DNA of 63,123 nt, counting the filler, from Chiloscyllium plagiosum (lineage: Eukaryota): the NCBI RefSeq assembly GCF_004010195.1. It is 6 parts of one record of this genome, joined end to end, with 100 filler letters (N's around TTAATTAATTAA, not from the genome) between each part and the next. Parts side by side here need not be neighbours in the genome. Positions count along the whole stretch, not along the records: positions 36,942 to 43,478 come from NC_057717.1; positions 43,579 to 50,575 come from NC_057717.1; 4 more parts are not named here. One strand, given 5' to 3'. Numbering within the stretch: the stretch's first letter is position 1; each line of letters begins with the position of its first letter. The notes below the pieces were generated by a model. It did not search any database. It saw nothing but the letters and a program-made list of their open reading frames with translations, and was not told the DNA's origin. The position numbers and the translations under genes are program-made. Of the stretch, positions 37,861 to 49,139 are shown piece after piece.

Positions 37861-38715
37861 TGCAGAAGGATGTAGGCAGTTTGGGAGATTGGGGAAAGAC
37901 CTGCTCGACAGAGTATAGTGTGCGAAAGTGTGTGGTCGTGCTCTTTACCAGAAAGACAAGAGGCATGGCCTATTTTCAATATTAAGAATAAAATCAGAAG
38001 ACTGAAGTGCAAAGAAACTTGGGAGTTATAGTCCAGGAGTCTCTCAAGGTAGAGTTGCAGGTTGTCAGTAGTTAGGAAGGCAAATACAATGATGCCATTC
38101 ATTTGAAAAGGGTTTGAATATAAAAGCAGGGATATACGTCTGAGGCTGTATAAGACTCTGGTCAGACTACATTTAGAGTATTGCGTGCAGTTTTGGGCCC
38201 CGTATCTCAGGAAGGATCCACAGGCACTGGAGGATGTTCTTAGAAGATTCAAAGGAATGGTTCCAGGAATGAAAAGCTTAACATATGTTGAACATTTGAG
38301 AATTCTGGGTCAACATTTGATGGCGTTTAGAATGATCTCGGGCATCTAATTGAAACTTACTAAATACTGAATGGCGTGGATAGAGAGGATGTTGGAAAGA
38401 TGTGTCTATTGATAGGAGAGACTAGGACTCGGCCCAGCACAAAGGGAAGATCTTTTAGAACAGAGATAAGGAGAAACATCTTCAGCCAGAGAGTCGGGGA
38501 TCTGTGGAATTCACGGCCACAGAAGCTGTAGAGACCAGGTCATTCTGTATATTTAAGACTGAGATCGATAGGTTCTTGATTGTCAAGGGGATCAAGGGTT
38601 ATGGGGAGAAAGCGGGAGAGTGATGTTGAGAAGCTTAACAGCTATGATCAAGTGGCGGAGCAGACTCAATGGGCTGAAAGGCCAAATTTCTGCTGCTATG
38701 TCTTCTGGTCTATGG
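37860..38715 (+). mobile_element. CR1 ORF2 C-terminus with 3' end
   Basis: LYKTLVRLHLEYCVQFWAPYLRKD; 3' UTR ending tgctgctatgtcttctggtctatgg. Confidence 0.9.
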
Positions 38716-39531
38716 TTAATGTTGTTTGTCCTCATCCCTCACTATAGATGCATCCTGATTCTGACCTTATGATTTATAAATAGGCCCGTTCCAATACTGA
38801 TGACTGGCAATATAATTATCTCTCCCTCCAGTCCCAGCAGCCATTTCCTCCAATTCCTCAGTCTCCTCCCCAATGTCATCATCACACAGTAATTGAAGTC
38901 CAATAAATGATACTTCATCATCGTTCATTGACATTAATAACCTCAACAACATGACCCGCACTTGCCCCTTCTGATCCTCAAATAATAATCTGAATGGTAT
39001 TTGTCACGTACAATTCTCTGTAACATATCCATGCAGTTTGCCTGTTATAATCCATGTTTATTAAACACATTTTCCCATCAGATTATGGCTTAAAAAATCA
39101 TCATCAATAGAATCACGGATCAATAATTTCAGGCTATAAGTTTCCATTTATAAATGGAGAAACTGGTTTATGATCCAACACTCCTCTGTCATTACTGTCA
39201 TATCCAAGGCAGATTGAATGATTACACAGAAACAATGTGGCATCTCCAACATCCGTTCTCCCAGTCACTCCCACATATCCCATGCTGAAAGTGTAAATGT
39301 TAAGCTTTATTTTGAATTTTAATAAAATTAATATTGAATTGAAAGGGGTTAACTGGAGCTATTTGTTCACCGACTGTGATTATTGTCAATCTCTGTGGAA
39401 TCTCATTATCCCAGTGGAGGGTTTCCATCGTTAAACGATAAATGGGCTCTGTGAATGCATTACCCCATAGTGTGAGAGGGAGTATCACCGACAGCACTAA
39501 CAGGGATCAGCAGCTCCAAAGGGAAGGGAGG

Positions 39532-39742
39532 AGAGATTAGAATCTGAGAACATTATCCTCGAATGTTCCATCAATGGATCAGAATCTGTGAACATTCGAT
39601 TTGAATGTTCCAACAATGGACAGGATATAATCCTTTCTTTCTCAGCCTTGGATATCATTAGCATGGCGGATCCAGGAAAGCCTTTGGATTATTCAAGGTG
39701 GTTGCTATCCCATCCTCGCTATAGTTGGTGTTCCTAGTAAGT
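39532..39742 (+). pseudogene. First coding exon of a GPR139/GPR142-like class A GPCR, pseudogenised
   Basis: One frame reads MDQNL*TFDLNVPTMDRI*SFLSQPWISLAWRIQESLWIIQGGCYPILAIVGVP, then a phase-1 donor GTAAGT at 39737; YPILAIVGVP resembles TM1 of the GPR139-like family; in-frame stops at 39538, 39589 and 39628. Confidence 0.7.
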
Positions 39743-39849
39743 CATTCTCTTTGAATGTTAAACTGGATTGAACTGAATTTCTGCTCATGATATGTAAATA
39801 TTAGGAAATGGAAATCAATGTCTTCAGTTCCAATCAAANNNNNNNNNNN

Positions 39850-40688
39850 ACAGACCCCACCACCAGAGAGATATTTCCCTCCCCACCCCTGTCAGCATTC
39901 TGCAGAGACCATTCCCTCCGCCACTCCCTCATTAGGTCCACGCACCCTACCAACCCACCCTCCACTCCCGGCACTTCCTGCCAAGAGGTGTAAAACCTGC
40001 ATCCACATCTTTCCCCTCCTTCACCTCTATCCATTGCTCCAAAAGATCCTTCCTTGTCTGGCAGAGATTTACCTGCACGTCCAAACATCTCATCTATTGT
40101 GTCTGTTGCTCTTCATGTTTCTCCTGTGCATCGGGGAGACAGGACAGTGATTCACGGAATGTTTTGGAGAACAAGAAACCCCACCACCCTATGGCCGAAT
40201 ACTTCAACTCTCCCTCCCAATCCGCCAAAGACATGCGAGTCCTGGGGCTGCTCCACTGCCAAACCCAAGTCACCCAACACCTGGAGGAACAACATCTCGT
40301 CTTTCACCTTGGGACCGTGCCACCACACGGTATCAATGTCAATTTCGCCAGTCTCCTCAACTCACCTTCCCCCACATTATCTCAGATCTAACACTCCAAC
40401 TTCGCACTGTCCCTTTGAACTGTCCAATCTGTCCATCTTCTCTGACCTTCACGACACAACCCACCTTCGTCTAACTATCGCCTTCCACGCTACCATTCCC
40501 CCAACCTCACCCTTTCCTATTTATCTTTCAGCCCCCGACCGCCCACTCTCCTCAATCATGACGAAGAGCTTATTCCTGAAATGTCGCACCTCCTGCTCCT
40601 CGGATGTTGCCTGACAGGCTGTCCTTTTCTAGCACCACACCATTGGGGGTACAGTGATCTCTTGCATCTTCAGTCCTCACTTTCACCT
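39850..40688 (+). mobile_element. Penelope-like element 3' part, paralogue of 36942-37860
   Basis: TDPTTREIFPSPPLSAFCRDHSL, CIGETG, AEYFNSPSQSAKDMRVLGL. Confidence 0.85.
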
Positions 40689-41145
40689 GCAGAAGGATGT
40701 AGGCAGTTTGGGAGATTGGGTAAAGACCTGCTCGATAGAGTATAGTGTGCAACAGTGTGTGGTCGTGCTCTTTACCAGAAAGACAAGAGGCATGGACTAT
40801 TTTCAATATTAAGAGTAAAATCAGAAGACTGAAGTGCAAAGAACCTTGGGAGTTATAGTCCAGGAGTCTCTCAAGGTAGACTTACAGGTTGTCAGTAGTT
40901 AGGAAGGCAAATACAATGATGCCATTCATTTGAAAAGGGTTTGAATATAAAAGCAGGGATATACTTCTGAGGTTGTATAAGGCTCTGGTCAGACTACATT
41001 TAGAGTATTGTGTGCAGTCTTGGGCCCCGTATCTCAGGAAGAATCTACAGGCACTGGAGGATGTTCTTAGAAGATTCAAAGGAATGGATCCAGGAATAAA
41101 AAGCTTAACATATGTTGAACATTTGATGATTCTGGGTCAATATTT
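40688..41145 (+). mobile_element. CR1 fragment, paralogue of 37860-38315
   Basis: YKALVRLHLEYCVQSWAPYLRK; same junction with the Penelope piece. Confidence 0.9.
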
Positions 41146-41645
41146 NNNNNNNNNNNNNNNNNNNNNNNNNNNNNNNNNNNNNNNNNNNNNNNNNNNNNNN
41201 NNNNNNNNNNNNNNNNNNNNNNNNNNNNNNNNNNNNNNNNNNNNNNNNNNNNNNNNNNNNNNNNNNNNNNNNNNNNNNNNNNNNNNNNNNNNNNNNNNNN
41301 NNNNNNNNNNNNNNNNNNNNNNNNNNNNNNNNNNNNNNNNNNNNNNNNNNNNNNNNNNNNNNNNNNNNNNNNNNNNNNNNNNNNNNNNNNNNNNNNNNNN
41401 NNNNNNNNNNNNNNNNNNNNNNNNNNNNNNNNNNNNNNNNNNNNNNNNNNNNNNNNNNNNNNNNNNNNNNNNNNNNNNNNNNNNNNNNNNNNNNNNNNNN
41501 NNNNNNNNNNNNNNNNNNNNNNNNNNNNNNNNNNNNNNNNNNNNNNNNNNNNNNNNNNNNNNNNNNNNNNNNNNNNNNNNNNNNNNNNNNNNNNNNNNNN
41601 NNNNNNNNNNNNNNNNNNNNNNNNNNNNNNNNNNNNNNNNNNNNN

Positions 41646-41850
41646 TTGAATTCGATTAAAAATTTGGAACGAATATTCCATCAGCCACTGGCATAAAAAC
41701 CCAACGGTGTTCACTGTGGGAAGGACATCTGCCAACCTCACTTGACCTGGACTACATGTGACTCCAGACCCATTGCTCAAGAATGTATGGGCTCTTAGCT
41801 GCCCTCTGAAATGGCACTGTCCCGTCACACAGGGCAAGGGGCAGTTAAGA
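41646..41850 (+). mobile_element. LINE-B-related SINE body
   Basis: gacctggactacatgtgactccagaccc...gctgccctctgaaatggc. Confidence 0.7.
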
Positions 41851-41864
41851 ATGCATGCAGACCT

Positions 41865-43130
41865 CCTTGCCTGGGCCCAGTATTTATTACCCCATTACCC
41901 TACTTGGGAAACTGGGGGTGAGCTGCTTTCTTGACCCGCGGCAGTCCACGTGCTGTAGACTAGACCCACAATGTCCCTGAGGGAGGGAATCCCAGGATTC
42001 TGACCTAGGAAGGAACGGCCGATAGATTTCCAAGTCGGGACGGTGAGGGGCTCGGAGGGAACTTGCAGGGGGGTGGTGTTCCCATGTACCTGCTGTCCCT
42101 TGTCCTTCTGGATGAAAGTGGCCGTGGGTTTGGAAGGTGCTGCCTGAGGATCTTTAGTGAGTTTCTGCAGCACATCTTGTAGCTGGTACACACTGCTGTT
42201 ACTGAGCGTCGGTGGGTGGAGGGAGGGGATGGTACCCACTGCTGTTACTGAGCGTTGGTGGGTGGTGGGAGGGGATGGTACACACTGCTGTTACTGAGCG
42301 TTGGNNNNNNNNNNNNNNNNNNNNNNNNNNNNNNNNNNNNNNNNNNNNNNNNNNNNNNNNNNNNNNNNNNNNNNNNNNNNNNNNNNNNNNNNNNNNNNNN
42401 NNNNNNNNNNNNNNNNNNNNNNNNNNNNNNNNNNNNNNNNNNNNNNNNNNNNNNNNNNNNNNNNNNNAGGGAGGGGATGTTTGTGGGTGTGGGGGCTGCT
42501 TTTGTCCCTGGATGGTGTAAGCTTCTCGAGTGTTGTTGGAGCTGCCCCCATCCACGGGCAAGTGGGGAGTATTCCCTCACCCTCCTGCCTTGGGCCTTGT
42601 CGATGGTGGGACAGGCTTTGCGGGGGGGTCAGGAGGGGAGTTACTCGCTGCAGGATTCGCAGCCTCTGACCTGCTCTTGGAGCCGCTGTGTTTATGTGGT
42701 GGGTCCAGTTGAGTTTCTGGTCAATGGTAACCCCCCAGGAATATGATCGTGAAGGATTCAGTGATGGGAATACCATGGAACGTCAAGGGAGCAGTGGCTA
42801 GATCATCTCTTGTTGGAGATAGCAACTCCCAGGATGTTGATAGTGGGGAGGAGTTCAGTGACGGTAACAACATTGAGTGTCAAAGGTTGGTGGTTAGATT
42901 GACTCTAGTTGGTCATAGCCTGGCAGCTGTGTGGCACAAATGTTACATGCCCCATGTCAGGCCAAGCCTGGATATTGTCCAGATCTTGCTGTATTTGGAC
43001 ACGGACTGCTTCATTATCTGAGGAGGCGTGAGTTGTGCTGAACACTGTGCAATCATCAGGGAGATCTGGTCTTATTATGGGACAAGGTCCTGAAGGTTAT
43101 GATGAAGCAGCTGAAAATAGTTGGATCTTG
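41865..43130 (-). mobile_element. LINE-B 3' part (RT C-terminus and 3' end)
   Basis: Minus ORF GVTIDQKLNWTHHINTAAPRAGQRLRILQRVT.LLTP; EYSPLA; YKMCCRNS.KILRQHLPNPRPL. Confidence 0.85.
42187..42304. repeat. ~46-bp tandem repeat inside LINE-B, running into a gap
   Basis: Repeats of gtacacactgctgttactgagcgttggtgggtggagggaggggatg. Confidence 0.85.
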
Positions 43131-43413
43131 TTTTCATGAAATTTGTTGTGAGTCAGATCCAGACCCAGATTGAGTGATGACAACAGGGAAAGGTCACAAG
43201 GGGGTTTGGTGGGTGTTTACCATTATCTGCCTGCTGCACGGGTATTTGACAGAGCTCAGAATAGTATTGGTCTGTGGGAACTGGGAACTGAGATGCTGTC
43301 CACGGGAGTAATCACTAAACCCACTGTGTTAGTGCAGTGTGCAAAATCACCAAGCAAACCAAACTTCACATCAGTGTACATGGACGTGGTGCTGTGGGTC
43401 TCTGTGTATGGGT

Positions 43414-43655
43414 GAGAGTGTGTGTGTGTGTCGGCGTGTGTGAGAGTGTGTGTGTGTGTGTGTGTGTGTTTTCATGTGNNNNNNNNNNNNNNNNNNNNNN
43501 NNNNNNNNNNNNNNNNNNNNNNTTAATTAATTAANNNNNNNNNNNNNNNNNNNNNNNNNNNNNNNNNNNNNNNNNNNNGTGAGTATATGTGTGTGTATGT
43601 GAGTGTGAGTGTGTGTGTGTGAGTGTGTGTGTGTGAGTGTATGTGTGTGTGTGTT
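43414..43655. repeat. (GT)n microsatellites flanking an artificial linker (43479-43578)
   Basis: GT runs on both sides of N44-TTAATTAATTAA-N44. Confidence 0.9.
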
Positions 43656-44589
43656 GCGCATCATGGAATCACCAATGCTGTCTCGCAGAGGGAGGCCATC
43701 CATCCCCTCAGTTCTGTGCTATCTCCTTCACAGAGCCTTCCAGTCATTCCCACTCCCATCAAGATCGGAATCGGAATAAAGACGGGAATTAAAATATTGA
43801 CAGCGGCATAAAGTTTCAACTTTGATCTCCAGCATCTGCAGACCTCACTTTCTCCTTCCAGTCATTCCCACTCCCATCAAGATCGGAATCGGAATAAAGA
43901 CGGGAATTAAAATATTGACAGCGGCTGACATCCGCAGAACCACCTTCCCCATTCCTCCCCCCAGCATCACTCCCATCCCTGGTGCCGATCCCCTGTCTCG
44001 ATCAGGCTTGGCCTGCTTGTGACTCCAGGCCCACAGCAACTGTTAGACCTGAACTAGCCCTGGACTGGGGTAATTAGGGACAACAGGCAACTAAAGCAGG
44101 TATCATTCACAACTGCCACCACTGAAAGACCATCACCGATGGCTGCCTGAGGGGATTTAACTCCCGGCTGAGGGTTACCAATAACTTCACACGACCTTGG
44201 GTTCGGAGAAGTGAGAAGGTGTCTTCCCCCGGCCCCCTGGGAATCATTTGGATTTCAAAAGAGAGCTTGGAAAGCCCCTCCCCCATTGCCAACTGCTGAG
44301 ATTGAGTTTACTCGAATGATGATCACTTGGGTCAGTGGGAGATCCAGGAATTGGCGTAAAAGGCACCGATGAAAGTGATACTCAGCAAGAGGAACCAGCA
44401 ATTTACAGCGAAACTGTGGAGGGGAACCCAATCAAGAGCGACATTGCTGTGTGGGACACGGCGGGAAACTTGTGTACTTACGGTCTTCAAAGTCCCCACG
44501 TGTGGGATTCCACACCAGTACACCAGGCCGTGTATCTCAGGAGGGATGTGCTGACGTTAGAGAGGAGACCACAGGAGGTTCAGACAGTC

Positions 44590-45147
44590 CTGAAAGTGTG
44601 GAAACAGGCCCTTTAGACCAGCAAGTCCACACCAACCCTCCGAGGAGTAACCCACCAAGGCCCATTCCCCTATTACTCTACATTTACCCCTGACTAATGC
44701 ACCTAACCTGCACATCCCTGGGCACTATGGGACAATTTCCCATGGCCAATCCACCCTAACCTGCACATCCCTGGGCACTATGGGACAATTTCCCATGGCC
44801 AATCCACCCTAACCTGCACATCCCTGGACACTATGGGACAATTCCCCATGGCCAATCCACCCTAACATGTACATCCCTGGGGGCACTATGGGACAATTTC
44901 CCATGGCCAATCCACCCGAACCTGCACATCCCTGGACACTATGGGACAATTTCCCACGGCCAATCCACCCGAACCTGCACATCCCTGGACACTATGGGAC
45001 AATTTCCCACGGCCAACCCACCCTAACCTGCACATCCCTGGACACTATGGGACAATTTCCCACGGCCAACCCACCCTAACCTGCACATCCCTGGGCACTA
45101 TGGGACAATTTCCCATGGCCAATCCACCCTAACCTGCACATCCCTGG
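44590..45147 (-). repeat. HE1 SINE 3' part followed by a ~53-bp tandem array derived from the SINE body (8-9 visible copies)
   Basis: gtgtggaaacaggccc tail at ~44597, then repeats of cctaacctgcacatccctgggcactatgggacaatttcccatggccaatccac. Confidence 0.9.
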
Positions 45148-45865
45148 NNNNNNNNNNNNNNNNNNNNNNNNNNNNNNNNNNNNNNNNNNNNNNNNNNNNN
45201 NNNNNNNNNNNNNNNNNNNNNNNNNNNNNNNNNNNNNNNNNNNNNNNNNNNNNNNNNNNNNNNNNNNNNNNNNNNNNNNNNNNNNNNNNNNNNNNNNNNN
45301 NNNNNNNNNNNNNNNNNNNNNNNNNNNNNNNNNNNNNNNNNNNNNNNNNNNNNNNNNNNNNNNNNNNNNNNNNNNNNNNNNNNNNNNNNNNNNNNNNNNN
45401 NNNNNNNNNNNNNNNNNNNNNNNNNNNNNNNNNNNNNNNNNNNNNNNNNNNNNNNNNNNNNNNNNNNNNNNNNNNNNNNNNNNNNNNNNNNNNNNNNNNN
45501 NNNNNNNNNNNNNNNNNNNNNNNNNNNNNNNNNNNNNNNNNNNNNNNNNNNNNNNNNNNNNNNNNNNNNNNNNNNNNNNNNNNNNNNNNNNNNNNNNNNN
45601 NNNNNNNNNNNNNNNNNNNNNNNNNNNNNNNNNNNNNNNNNNNNNNNNNNNNNNNNNNNNNNNNNNNNNNNNNNNNNNNNNNNNNNNNNNNNNNNNNNNN
45701 NNNNNNNNNNNNNNNNNNNNNNNNNNNNNNNNNNNNNNNNNNNNNNNNNNNNNNNNNNNNNNNNNNNNNNNNNNNNNNNNNNNNNNNNNNNNNNNNNNNN
45801 NNNNNNNNNNNNNNNNNNNNNNNNNNNNNNNNNNNNNNNNNNNNNNNNNNNNNNNNNNNNNNNNA

Positions 45866-46322
45866 CAGTTACAACGTTTAAAAGGGATTTGGATAAGGAC
45901 ATGGACAGGAAAGGGTTGGAGGGAGATGGGCCAGGAGCAGGCAGGTGGGGGACTGGGTTAGTTTGGGGTTTGGGTCAGCACGGACTGGGTGGGCCGAAGG
46001 GTCTGTGTCCGTTCTGTGGGACAATGAGGAGGAGAGGCCAGGACCTAAGGGCACAGCCTCCCAGGTAAGGGACGACCCTTTAGAACTGAGCTGAGGAGGA
46101 ATTTCTTCAGCCGGAGGGTGGGAAATCTGTGGGATTCATTTTCACAGAGGGCTGTGGGGGACACGTCACTGAGTGTGTTGAAGGCAGAGACAGAGGTTCC
46201 TGATTAGTGACGGGGCGCAGGGTTACAGGGAGAAGGCAGGAGAATGGAGTTGAGAAACAATGTCAGTCATGATTGAATGGTGGAGCAGACTAGATGGGTC
46301 GAATGGCCTTATTCTGCTTATC
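45866..46322 (+). mobile_element. Two adjacent CR1 3'-end fragments
   Basis: gggccgaagggtctgtgtcc; gaggaggaatttcttcagccggagggtgg...gaatggccttattctgc. Confidence 0.8.
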
Positions 46323-46329
46323 TAATGGC

Positions 46330-46580
46330 CTTCCGGACACCAAAGGCTGGAAGCCTCTCTCATGCTGCGTGTAGGCCAGACGGGATAAGGATTGTGGATT
46401 CCTTCCCTAAGGGGCATTAGTGAACTGGATAGGTTTTCCCTGACAGAATCACGATTTCCGATTTTTTCTGCTTTCCATCCCAGCCTGCGCTGTGTTGGGA
46501 TTCGAACCTGGGGCCCCGTAACCATGGGCTGAGCTTCCTGGATGAATAATCCCACAACAATGTTATAGGGCCATCTCACA
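46330..46580 (-). mobile_element. tRNA-derived SINE related to LINE-B
   Basis: Minus-strand B box GGTTCGAATCCC (46497-46508); body gtaggccagacgggataagg...ttccttccctaaggggcattagtgaac. Confidence 0.75.
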
Positions 46581-46660
46581 CGGCCCTGAGGTGACTGACT
46601 ACACTCAGACTGATCTCCCCTTCCTCGGTAAGCACCACACTCCCAGAGAGTGTTGGATCA

Positions 46661-47252
46661 GGGGACAGTGTAGAGGGAGCTTTGCTATGTATCTAACCCC
46701 GTGCTGTCCTTGTCCCTGGGAGTGTTTGATGGGGGACAGTGTAGAGGGAGCTTTGCTCTGTATCTAACCCTGTGCTGTCCTTGTCCCTGGGAGTGTTTGA
46801 TGGGGGAGACAGTGTAGAGGGAGCTTTGCTCTGTATCTAACCCTGTGCTGTCCTTGTCCCTGGGAGTGTTTGACGGGGCACAGTGTAGAGGGAGCTTTGC
46901 TCTGTATCTAACCCCGTGCTGTCCCTGTCCCTGGGAGTGTTTGATGGGGGGACTGTGTAGAAGGAGCTTTACTCTGTATCTAACCTCATGCTGTCCCTGT
47001 CCCTGTCCCTGGGATAGGGGGACAGTGTAGAGGGAGCTTTACTCTGTATCTAACCCCGTGCTGTCCCTGTCCCTGGGAGTGTTTGATGGGGGATAGTGTA
47101 GATGGAGCTTTACTCTGTATCTAACCCCGAGCTGTCCCTGTCCCTGGGAGTGTTTGATGGGGGGGACAGTGTAGGGGAGCTTTACTCTGTATCTAACCCC
47201 GTGCTGTCCCTGTCCCTGGGAGTGTTTGATGGGGGACAGTGTAGATGGAGCT
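46661..47252. repeat. ~70-bp minisatellite, ~8 copies
   Basis: ggggacagtgtagagggagctttactctgtatctaaccccgtgctgtccctgtccctgggagtgtttgat. Confidence 0.95.
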
Positions 47253-47704
47253 TTTCCATCACTGCGGTGTGGCAGCTTGTGTATGTGGAAGTGGAGGTTT
47301 GATTTGTAATCTTGTTGTGATGGGCTGTGTGAGTCAGTGAGATGTGGTTTGAGGTGACGCCAGGGTTTCTTGAGCCAGCACCATAGGCTTGGGTTTGTGG
47401 TTGGACCAGATGTTTCTAATGCAGGGCAGGCTCTGTTCCATTTGTATACCCACCCGGATTCCACATCGTTTGTGCCCCATCCCCTTTCTCACAAACTCCC
47501 TCCCTCCCGGTGAGTGTTAACCCTGCTTGCTGCTGGGATGCCTGAATCTCAGGTTGTGACGATTCGACGATGACATTCTCCATCAAATCACACTTCTGTT
47601 GTGAGGCCATTCAACCCATCTTGCTCATGCTGGCTCCTTCACAGAGCTTTTTGGTTTCTCCCCACTCCCCAACAGACCTTCTGCGACCCCAATAGTCCTG
47701 ATGG

Positions 47705-48030
47705 TGTGTCTCCCATTGGAAGATGGTCTTCCTGACAATGGGTCCCATTGGACAGCGGTCTTCCTGACAGTGTCTCCCATTGGAAGATGGTCTTCCTGAC
47801 AGTGTCTCCCATTGGATGGCAGTTTTCCTGACAGTGTCTCCCATTGGAAGATGGTCTTCCTGACAGTGTCTCCCATTGGACAGTGGTTTTCCTGACTGTC
47901 TCCCATTGGACAGTGTTCCTGACAGTGTCTCCCATTGGATGACGGTCTTCCTGATAGTGTCTCCCATTGGCAGATAGTCTTCCTGACAGTGTCTCCCATC
48001 GGACTGTGGTCTTCCTGACAGTATCCCCCA
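47705..48030. repeat. ~31-bp minisatellite, ~10-11 copies
   Basis: gtgtctcccattggaagatggtcttcctgaca. Confidence 0.95.
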
Positions 48031-48096
48031 TAGATAGATAGATCGATTGATCAATAGATAGATAGGTAGATAGATAGATAAATAGATAGATAGATA
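48030..48096. repeat. (GATA)n microsatellite
   Basis: tagatagatagat... Confidence 0.9.
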
Positions 48097-48937
48097 ATTT
48101 ACTTGGTGAAAAATCCTCACAGGGTCAGGGGTTGCGTTGTGGTCAATGAGACACAGAAGTGTCTACAATTGACAATGTGGTCACAGGGAACCAATGAGCA
48201 AGGTAGAGACCAATGGAATCATTGCTCAATCACGATCACGATCACGTTCAGGTGCAGACGGCTGCATTACATTGCACAGTGTAAGCTTATCCTCTTCACC
48301 TCTGGTCAGGCTGAGAAACACCCACAGACTGAAAGCTCCGAGATGAGACCCAGGTTTAACAGAGTGCTGCGGGGGCAATAGTGTCAAACACCATCTCTGT
48401 GCAACGTTGAGAAACAGCTCTTGCTTTCTGGATATTGGGCTGCTTCTTCCTCATCACCCCCTGGTACAGTCATTGACCTCCCAGGTTCATTCAAACTGTC
48501 CAGCCCCCCTGGGTTTCCATAAGAAAAGCTAGGGATCCGATCTCGTCAGGGTGAGTTAGTCCAGTTCCCAGTCATTTGGAAACAATTTGCTTGGTTTTGC
48601 TTCGGCTTAGGCACGGTGTAGTCAGAGCTGTGTTTGTCTGTAAAACTCTCCTGAATGTGACTGGCTGAGACTGGATCCTTCCCACAATATGGTCACCTGG
48701 AAAGTGTGAAATACTCTAAACTGGGGTCTAACTGACATTACAGATCACTTTGTCATCCAATCCTTACTCTCGCATTCATTACCCCAACTAGTAAAGGCAA
48801 GTCTTCATAACCACCCTTTCTGCATCTTTCAAAGGTGAGTTCTCCCGTTTTTTTTAGGAGATTCTGAAGTTGTTGGAGTCGGTATTTCTGGCCTTAACCT
48901 ACAGGGAATGTAAGCTGGGAGCACTCACAGAGATGGA

Positions 48938-49138
48938 GGTGAGGACTGCAGATGCTGGAGATCAGAGTCAAGATTAGAGTGGTGCTGGAAAAGCACAGCA
49001 GGTCAGGCAGCATCCGAGGACCAAGACGTTTCAGGCAAAAACCCTAATCCTGATAAAGGTCTTTTGCCCGAAATGTCAATTTTCAGGTCCTCAGATGCTG
49101 CCTGACCTGCTGTGCTTTTCCAGCACCACTCTAATCTG
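48938..49138. mobile_element. Fold-back Penelope terminal element with long perfect inverted arms
   Basis: agattagagtggtgctggaaaagcacagcaggtcaggcagcatc is the exact reverse complement of gatgctgcctgacctgctgtgcttttccagcaccactctaatct; centre cctgataaaggtcttttgcccgaaa. Confidence 0.9.
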
Positions 49139-49139
49139 C

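Noticed and set aside
38767..38961. Acidic 64-aa minus-strand ORF
   Set aside because: No recognisable homology; it lies in the upstream region of the GPCR-like exon and is probably a chance ORF.
47260..47610. Minus-strand ORFs MASQQKCDLMENV... and MESGWVYKWNR...
   Set aside because: No recognisable domain, no convincing splice sites, and they lie between minisatellites.
44700..48030. CRISPR-like appearance of the regular arrays (also 8353-8662)
   Set aside because: Units are head-to-tail with no unique spacers, there are no cas genes, and the context is vertebrate; these are minisatellites.
47611..48120. Repetitive ORFs in three minus-strand frames
   Set aside because: They are translations of the 31-bp minisatellite.
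48420..48556. Possible plus-strand exon ending in GTGAGT
   Set aside because: The acceptor is weak, the peptide is unrecognisable, and no partner exons are visible.
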